Below are positions 56,528-64,000 of a stretch of 64,000 bases of DNA, one piece after another. Position 1 is the stretch's first letter, and each line of letters starts with the position of its first letter. Below the pieces are notes generated by a model. It was not told the origin of the DNA. It did no database searches and worked only from the letters and a program-made list of their open reading frames with translations. This DNA comes from the human T2T-CHM13v2.0 reference genome, Homo sapiens. The position numbers were made by a program, and so were the translations under genes. The stretch is from contig CP068257.2 in assembly GCA_009914755.4 (NCBI GenBank), positions 31,968,001-32,032,000 on the forward strand, given 5' to 3'.

Positions 56528-58642
56528 GTGAGGAGAGGGCTGCAAGGCGGCGGCCTGGACCACGGGCGGCTGCAGCGGGGGCGGGGGTCGGCGCGGGGGT
56601 CTGCGCGATGGCTGCCCGGGGCATCCGTCCCGCGCCCGGCGCTTGTCTCCCCGGCCGCCCTTAGCCCCTCGCCGCGCGCCCGAGAGACGGCAGCGGCTGC
56701 CCCTCTGCCTTGTCCTTCCCGTCCTCGGGGGTGGCGGCGGAGTGGCGGGCGGACCCGCACTGGGAGGCCGGGGGCCGCGGTGGGCCGTGGGGTGGCGGCC
56801 GCGGGACGGGCGTGGGGATGAATGGGCGCCGCGGCCCCGCCGCCGAGCGGGCTCCCTCCTCTCGCGGGGACCCCGGGCGGCCGCTCCTTCCCGGGCTGAC
56901 CTCGCTGCCCTCGGCCGCCGGCGAGGGGCGGCCCGGCCTCGCCTCCCGCCGGCCTCCCGGGGACCCGCGTTGGCGGGAGCGGCGCCGCCTCTGCCTGGAG
57001 CCCCGGCTCCTTCCTCGGCCCCTCGCTCGCAAGCCTGCAGAATCCTGGGTCAGTGAAGGGCAGGCAATGCCGTTCGGCCCCAGGGCGCGCCGCGGGGCCG
57101 CCCCTGAAGGCATTTAAAGGGGAGCGTCTTCCGCGCCCTGTGAGCGCGTCCCCGGGTCCGCCGCGTCCCTTCCCTTCTTACGCACCGACACGGTTTTGTG
57201 GTGTGGACCCAAGACACAATTGCAGTCCCTTGCTTGCACGAATGCAATCCGAATTCCCAAAAAAAGGAAACCGGCGAGGAATCGGCCGCACCTTCCTGCG
57301 CTTCTGCTTGCCTTGGGATTAGAAAACAACTTCGGAGATTACATTTCCTATGGGCAATCTTTTGTTGTGATTCAGACTCAAGAAGGCTTTGCTTTGGAAG
57401 AAATAGATTAGCGGCTTCTCTGTGGAGTTGGAGGCTATAGAGATTTTTATAGCCTCTTCAATATGAAAGTTTCCTCTAGAACTTTGCCATCATCAGTGCT
57501 ATTCTGAGGGCAGCAGCAACCTGGAAATTTAGATACATGCAGGCTCCGGCCAGATGCGTTTCTTTGTGCTTGTCTGTTGGCATTCTTCTCTTGCTGCTCC
57601 TCTTGATCAAAACGTACAGATAATAAAGGCAAGGCCAATGAAGAGGGTAGATAATAACAGCAAATCCCATACAAACAAATGCCTCTAGAAATTCTCAGTT
57701 CTGTCAGCGGGGAGGCAGTTTTGCTAATCCCGTGGAACGGATGAAAAGAAAGGCACAGAGATCTCATGGATTATGTAGTGGACAGGATGTGAGGGCAGGA
57801 ACTGGGGCCAGGACCCAGCAGGCCAGCTGGTTTGCATGGTGCCACTCTAAACCCCCAAAATATGAATAGGAGGAATGTATTTGTTGGGATACCTTTATTT
57901 TTAGATGACTTTAAGGTTGAGAGTGCAGAAGCTTAAACATCCTTCATAGTTATTATTTCTTAGTTTATCTCTGAGAACAAAATATGTTTCTGTTTAAAAT
58001 TTCTTTTACTGGTGTGCTTGAAACGTTATTTTGATGGGAGTTTCCTTGTAAGTAAAAACATTGAAAAATACATACATATGAAAGAAAAATCCTTAGTGCA
58101 GATGGGTTTGTAAAGAATCCAGGGACTTTTAAGTCATATAAATTAAGAAGTGAGGGACACTAATTTGATGATGGTGTTAAAATTATTTCAGACACCTTTA
58201 AGTAGTCCAGTGGAGATCATTTCTGATAGTATGATCTTTTTTTAAAAAAATGGTATTTCTTTATCTAGGAATGCTTCTGTTGAAATTGCTACGGCGCATG
58301 GTACCGTCACAAAACTCTTTTATTATTCTGCCTGAGTAAGAGAGGAAATGAACAAATTTTTAATGTACTTTGGAACCCTGCGGATTGCACAGATACTAAG
58401 CATTGTGAAATAGGGCATAAAATGAGTGGTAGCAAGTTAGTTCTGTGAAATGTTTGTCGCTGTTAGCATTTTTTTTTTTTTTTGGCAGTCGACTAGCAAT
58501 TTTCTTTTCCCTAAAGCTTATCTTCAATATTGGTAGTAGAACCTCTGCTCAAGTTTATCTTTTCCCCAAGTGCCTAGACTGGGACAAACTATCAAGCCTC
58601 CTGTAAGAGATTAAGGAGGAGCTGCTGGTAAATTCCTTTCCT

Positions 58643-58936
58643 TTTTTTTTTTCTTGAGGCAGGGTCTGGCTATGTCACAGGCTGGAGTGCAGTGGCGCAA
58701 TCTTGGCATACTGCAGCCTCGACCTCCTGGGCTCCAGTGATCTTCCCACCCCAGCTTCCAGAGTATCTGGGATCACAGATGCACGCCACCATGCCCAGCT
58801 AATTTTAAAATTTTTTCTAGAGACAGGGTCTCTCTGTGTTGCTCAGGCTGGTCTAAAACGCCTACCTTAAACGATTCTCCCACCTAGGCAGCCTCCCAAA
58901 GAGCTAGGATTAGAGGAATGAGCCACCATGCTTCGT
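58643..58936 (-). mobile_element. AluJ-like SINE (diverged)
   Basis: reverse-complement Alu. Confidence 0.85.
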
Positions 58937-59175
58937 CCAAATTCCTCTACTCTAAATTATCTTTTTAATTTGCTAACATTTGTGAGTTGTAGAGAATTGA
59001 TGACACGAGAGTTGGGATTATATTATGCACCTCAAATTCTTCTGCCATAGAGCTGTTCCCTTCTGAATGATCACTTCCTCCTGAATGGCTCCACTTAACT
59101 GGTTGGGTTTCTTAAAGTGTGGGCCTCAGATCACTTACATCAGCATTAATGGAGGCACTTGTTAAAAATATAGGT

Positions 59176-59480
59176 TTTGGGCATGGTGGATCAAACTTGT
59201 AATCCCAACACTTTGGGAGGCTGAAGTAGGAATAGCTTGGGCCCAGGAATTTGAGACCAGCTTGGGCAACACAGGGAAACCTGGTCTCTAAAAAAAAATT
59301 TTTTTTAATATTCTGGGCTTAGTGACTCGTGCCTATATTCCCAGCTTTTCTAGAGGCTGAGGTGGGAGGATCTGGTTCGCTTGAGCCCAGGAGATGGAGG
59401 CTGCAGTGAGCCATGATTGCCCTACTGCATTCTAGCCTGGGCGACAGAGAGAGCGAGCCTGTGTCCAAAAAGTAAGTAAG
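59176..59480 (+). mobile_element. Old Alu (diverged, AluJ-like)
   Basis: GGGCATGGTGGATCAAACTTGTAATCCCAACACTTTGGGAGGCTGAAG... Confidence 0.75.
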
Positions 59481-60600
59481 TAAATAAATACATAAAAATA
59501 AATACGGGTTTCTGTCACCTCGCTTCAGAATCAGACAGCTAGAGGTGGGGCCCTGGAATTGGTGTTGTTAATGCATTCTCCAGGAATTTCTCCTGCATAG
59601 GGAAGTTGGAAACCACTGGCTTCCTTCTCTCTGAGCATCTCCTGAGACTAGCTCCTGAAGTGGATAGAAAGTTTTTCAAGTAGCAGATTAAGTTTTATCC
59701 CTTAGGCTGCTAATAAAAAACAATTGACTGTGATTGCGTAATTTTACCTGTCGTACACCTTTCAGAAGGCAGAGGCTTTGGTTCACCCCTCTACCTCCAG
59801 GGCCTAAAACAGTGCCTGGAGGAACTCAATTAAACATTTGTTGAGTGAATACGTGAATTACATTGCAGCGAGGCCAATCTTTTAAAAGTTACTTGTCAAA
59901 TTAATCTATCAGTTAGTGGCATATTAAAGCCCAGCATATTACAAAAAAATTTTTTTTAGTAGTCACTGATTTTATAAATTAGGAGCCACAAGCACTATAC
60001 CCCAGTGACTTCTGTAAGTTTGGTTAGTTTAGAAAGGAGAGAGCCTTTCCCAGGCGTAGTGTGCTCAAGGTGATTAGCCAGAAAGAAGATTCAGAACAAA
60101 GCATTTGCTTAGAGAGTCAAAATGTAAATTTAAGTCACAGTGTAGTGGTAAATCATATATCAAACTTATATTTGGTATATTGTCTTATATCAAAATATCA
60201 TTTTATAAACCATAAGTCCAACATACTGCTATAAAAATTGGTTTCTAGCAAATAGAGAAAATTGTTATGTTTTCCAATTTCACTTTTCATACTAATAAAA
60301 TTTGACCTTTACACCTTCTTTTCAAGAGTTCACCACAGGGCACCATAGATATTATGTAGTTAAGAGCTCAAACTCTGGAGAATATTGTGTTTGACCACAC
60401 ATAGTCAGGGAGTTTGATCTAACCTCTCAATGCCTCATTTCTCAGCTGAACATGGAAATAGTAATAATAAAGTTCACATACTTCTAAGTGCTTACCTAAG
60501 TTTTTGAGACACATCCACTTAATAAATGGTAGTTACAGTGATGATAAAGAATTGGGGTGTATAAAAATACCTAAAACTCAAAAGCTAACCCATTTAATTA

Positions 60601-60822
<222 letters not shown>

Positions 60823-61305
60823 TTATTGCTAACTCCTTGGTACTATGTATAATTTTTTTAATTGAATGACTAGACTAAACATTGAAAGTATTTAATAAGC
60901 TATCAAATATGTATTAATATAAGTTTTGAAAATAAATACTAAATCTCCTGATCTCTTTTAGGTTAAAATATAGTTTATGATGAGCAACTAATATTCTTTG
61001 TATTTAAAAAGATAATTGTTTTATGGTAGAAAAATTGAAATACAGAAAAGTATAAAGTAGAAAACTATGAAATACCCGTAAGTCTACTACCTGCATACAT
61101 ATTTCTTCAAATCCTTTTGTGTGTGTGCATATGGCTATTCATATACAATTTCTGGTAACAAAAATGGGATCTTGCTATACATATGGTTGTAACCTGCTTT
61201 TTTTTTGCTTAACATCTTGTCATGAGTGTCTTTTCCTATATATATATTGCATTATAACAATTTTAGTAACCAAATAATATTCCGTTTTATGGATCTATGG
61301 TAGTT

Positions 61306-61608
61306 TTTTTTTTAATTTTTATTTTTTCAGACGGAGTCTCAGTCTGTTACCCAGGCTGGTGTATAGTGGCTCAATCTTGGCTCACTGCAACCTACGCTTC
61401 CCAGGTTCAAATGAATCTCTTGCCTTAGCCTCCTGATTAACTGGGATTACACATGCCTGCCACCATGCCTGGCTAATGTTTGTATTTTTAGTGGAGATGG
61501 GGTTTCGTCATGTTGGCCAGGCTGGTCTCATGCTCCTAACCTCAGGTGATCCACCTGCCTCAGCCTCCCAAAGTGCTGGGATCACAGGCGTGAGCCACCA
61601 CACCCAGT
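61306..61608 (-). mobile_element. Alu SINE
   Basis: reverse-complement Alu. Confidence 0.9.
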
Positions 61609-62377
61609 CATGGATCTCTGGTGGTTTAGCCAATTTATTTTTATTAGACATTAGTTTGTTTATTTTTCCTCCACGGTTACTTATAACCCTGCAGTGACTG
61701 TCCTTCTACATATGTCTCTGAATGTACTTGTGAGATTATTTTCATTAGGATAAATTTCTACAAATGGAATTTGCAGGATCAAAGCCTATGCTAAATTTTA
61801 GGATTTTTTAAATCCGTATTTCCAATTTGTCATTTAGAAAGATTGTATCATTTTATACTCTTACCATGGTATATCAGACTTCCAGTCTCCCAGCCCCTTG
61901 TACCTTCCCCCATTTTATGGAATGACTTAACCAGTGACAAACCTAGTGAATTTTTGCTTTTAGGAAGAAGAATGGACTGTTAGTATAATGTGTTTAGTAG
62001 TGTGATATGGAAACTCAGAAATCTTGTGCATGGGTAATAGTGATAGCTAATGTCGATTAAGTTCTTTTGCAGCATCTTATATACATTAACTCACTTCACA
62101 AAAAACTCTCATCTTACAGATGCCTTGGAAACTAGGGTACCAGCAATTAGAGAGCCAGCAAGTGTCTGAGCAGATTTTTACTGTAGAGTCCAAAACTCTT
62201 AGCCTGTTTCCTAGACATGTTTTATAGGCATTTGGGTACTTTTTATGTTCTCGATTGCTGTTGTGGAGTAACTAAGAGGTTCTCTGACATGTACTAATAT
62301 ATAAACTGGGTGGGGCACAAATTTGAATCCCTTTCACTGAAGAGTTGGTCACATAAGTTAGCTCAGAAATTAGCTTT

Positions 62378-62650
62378 GGGACCGGTGCTGTGGGTCACTC
62401 CTGTAATCCCAATACTTGAGAGGCCAAGGTGGGAGCATTACTTGAGCCCAGGAGTTCCAGACTGGCCAGGGCAACATAGCAAGACCCTACAAAAAATTTT
62501 TTAAAAAGTAGCCCAGTGAGGTGATGCCCACCTGTAGTCCTAGCTACTAGGGAGGCTGAGGTGGGAGGACTGTTTGTACCCAGAAGTTGGAGGCTGCAGA
62601 TGCCACAGCACTCCAGACTGGGCAACATAGTGAGATCTTGTCAAAAAAGA
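62378..62650 (+). mobile_element. AluJ-like SINE
   Basis: diverged Alu. Confidence 0.8.
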
Positions 62651-62745
62651 AAGGGGAGGGCAGGGCAAGAGAGAGAGAAAAGAAAGGAGAGAAAGAGAAA
62701 GAGAAGGAAGGAGAAAGAAAGAGGAGAGAGAGAAAAATTAGCCTC
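62650..62745. repeat. Purine-rich (GA/GAAA)n simple repeat
   Basis: AAAGGGGAGGGCAGGGCAAGAGAGAGAGAAAAGAAAGGAGAGAAAGAGAAAGAGAAGGAAGGAGAAAGAAAGAGGAGAGAGAGAAAAA. Confidence 0.9.
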
Positions 62746-62977
62746 ATCAACTGTCCAGCATTCATCCTTAAAGTAGTCTTGTTATCCTTTACTCTGTAGT
62801 GGTTTTCCTAAAGTACCCCTGCATGAAAAACAGGATTAGAGTGCTAGAGAAGACTAGTGAAATTTGAAAAGGCAGTTCACTTGTGATGTGGACTTGTCTT
62901 AGAAACGCAAGACTGTACAGAAGTGTGATGAGGGAGACAGCTGGGTGTGTGTGTCCAGGTAGTTCCATGTTGGCGAG

Positions 62978-63083
62978 TTTGGAGATAGAAAGTGGCCTAA
63001 GGAAGTTTACTTCCTGAATGTGAATGTTGGCCACTTTGGAGATAGAAAGTGGCCTAAGGAAGTTTGCTTCCTGAATGTGAAGG
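62978..63083. repeat. Tandem duplication, 2 x about 50 bp (TTTGGAGATAGAAAGTGGCCTAAGGAAGTTT(A/G)CTTCCTGAATGTGAA)
   Basis: two adjacent copies read directly. Confidence 0.9.
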
Positions 63084-63549
63084 CCTCAGTGTAGAGAGAT
63101 ATCATCCACTGGGAGATCACTGAAAAGTAAACCAAAACATTTTTATTAATACATGGGATGGTAGAATGTCACTCCAGTTTTGTTCCTAAAGTTCGTAGCT
63201 CTCTAAGAAAGTGAATTTTAAGCAAGTTAATCTATTTTAATGCATCACTGCTCTTTCGGTGTTTTTCTAGTAGAATTAATGATAGGTAGCTTGCTTTATT
63301 AGCTTACTGCCCAGAGAGAACATTGGTGAAATTGTTTTGGCTTCAGCTCTCTGGACTGAGTTTGGCTGCCTAGCTCAGTTTTCAGTTGGTCACCAAAACC
63401 TGTCATTGTTTTTGTGTGGTATGGGGTCTGCTGGAGTCATGTGGTAGTGCGTTTGGCCCTTCATTGAGTGGTGGAGCCAGGAGTTGAGCTGAGGGCTGTG
63501 GCAGAATTTTGAATTCAAGTGAATTCGAATGTGAAAATAACAATGTCTG

Positions 63550-63873
63550 GCCGGGCGTGGTGGCTCACACCTGTAATCCCAGCACTTTGAGAGGCCGAGG
63601 TGTGCGGATCATGAGGTCAGGAGTTTGAGACCAGCCTGGCCAACATGGTGAAACCCCATCTCTACTAAAAAATACAAAAATTAGGCGGGCGTGGTGGCGC
63701 ACAAGTGTAATCCCAGCTACTTGGGAGGCTGAAGCAGGAGAATTGCTTCAATTCCCTGCTTGAACCCAGGAGGTGGAGATTTCAGTGAGCTGACATCGCA
63801 CCATTACACTCCAGCCTTGGCGACAGAGCGAGACTCTGTCTCAGAAAAAAAAAAAAAAAAGAAAGAAAGAAAA
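63550..63873 (+). mobile_element. Alu SINE
   Basis: GGCCGGGCGTGGTGGCTCACACC... Confidence 0.9.
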
Positions 63874-64000
63874 TAACAAGGTCATAGCAACACAGCAAGT
63901 GGTCAGAATTTTACCCTTGGTGGTTAAAATTAAACATCCTCTTTTTAATACAGGAGGACAATGCTCTTGCTCCTCTGTTGCACTGGTGAGCATTTGATGT

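Larger units (their letters stand above)
55290..57330. promoter_or_regulatory. CpG island 2: bidirectional promoter (CRYZL1 on minus, probable ITSN1 on plus) with multiple CCAAT/ATTGG boxes and a ZNF143/THAP11 SBS-like motif AACTACATCTCCCGTCATGTTCCGC (55659..55684)
   Basis: About 2 kb of greater than 65% GC with dense CpG. Divergent splice donors at 55495 (minus) and 56527 (plus). CCAAT boxes at 55578, 55725, 56069 and 56188. Confidence 0.75.

Noticed and set aside
56088-57117. Long overlapping ORFs on both strands in CpG island 2 (e.g. 56116..56760 -, 56643..57056 +) rich in Pro/Arg/Gly/Ala
   Set aside because: GC-rich CpG-island sequence is depleted of stop codons on all frames. The ORFs overlap each other on both strands and have no splice-consistent continuation, so they are composition artefacts.
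63954-63985. Mini-exon-like segment aatacag|GAGGACAATGCTCTTGCTCCTCTGTTGCACTG|gtgagc at the right edge
   Set aside because: Only 32 bp, at the window edge, with no supporting frame context. Could be a chance AG...GT pair in the intron.

Overview
This window is primate (human-type) nuclear genomic DNA, not prokaryotic. It is saturated with Alu SINEs (at least 70 full or partial copies, recognisable by GGCCGGGCGCGGTGGCTCACGCCTGTAATCCCAGCA... or its reverse complement ...TTTTTGAGACGGAGTCTCGCTCTGTCGCCCAGGCTGG) plus several truncated L1 LINE fragments, and it has two CpG islands and short exons with GT-AG splice sites. I reconstructed genes by translating exon-sized non-repeat segments on the minus strand and matching them to proteins I know from memory. 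(1) A complete 13-exon gene on the minus strand, whose 12 coding exons sum to exactly 1,050 nt (349 aa plus stop), encodes an MDR/quinone-oxidoreductase-like protein that I recognise as CRYZL1: [22 protein letters not shown]...[45 protein letters not shown]...[30 protein letters not shown]. (2) The 5' end of DONSON lies on the minus strand at the left edge, with exon 1 in CpG island 1 ([30 protein letters not shown]...). (3) A plus-strand first exon sits in CpG island 2 and is transcribed divergently from CRYZL1; by memory of the DONSON-CRYZL1-ITSN1 order on chr21q22.11 this is probably ITSN1 exon 1, but I could not verify that from sequence. The most interesting observations are a U12-type AT-AC intron in CRYZL1 (5'ss ATATCCTTTT, branch point CCTTAAC, 3'ss AC), a tandem duplication of the CRYZL1 terminal coding exon that leaves a degenerate pseudo-exon with an intact acceptor in the 3'UTR, a ZNF143/THAP11-type motif plus CCAAT boxes in the bidirectional promoter, inverted L1 segments suggesting a twin-priming inversion, many closely spaced inverted Alu pairs inside CRYZL1 introns, and several young AluY copies with intact target-site duplications. 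There is no CRISPR, operon, tRNA or rRNA. The ORF-track ORFs other than those that coincide with the exons or the L1 ORF2 fragment listed below are Alu-derived or CpG-island reading-frame artefacts. All coordinates for repeats are approximate (about +/-10 bp); exon boundaries were counted base by base from the printed sequence.
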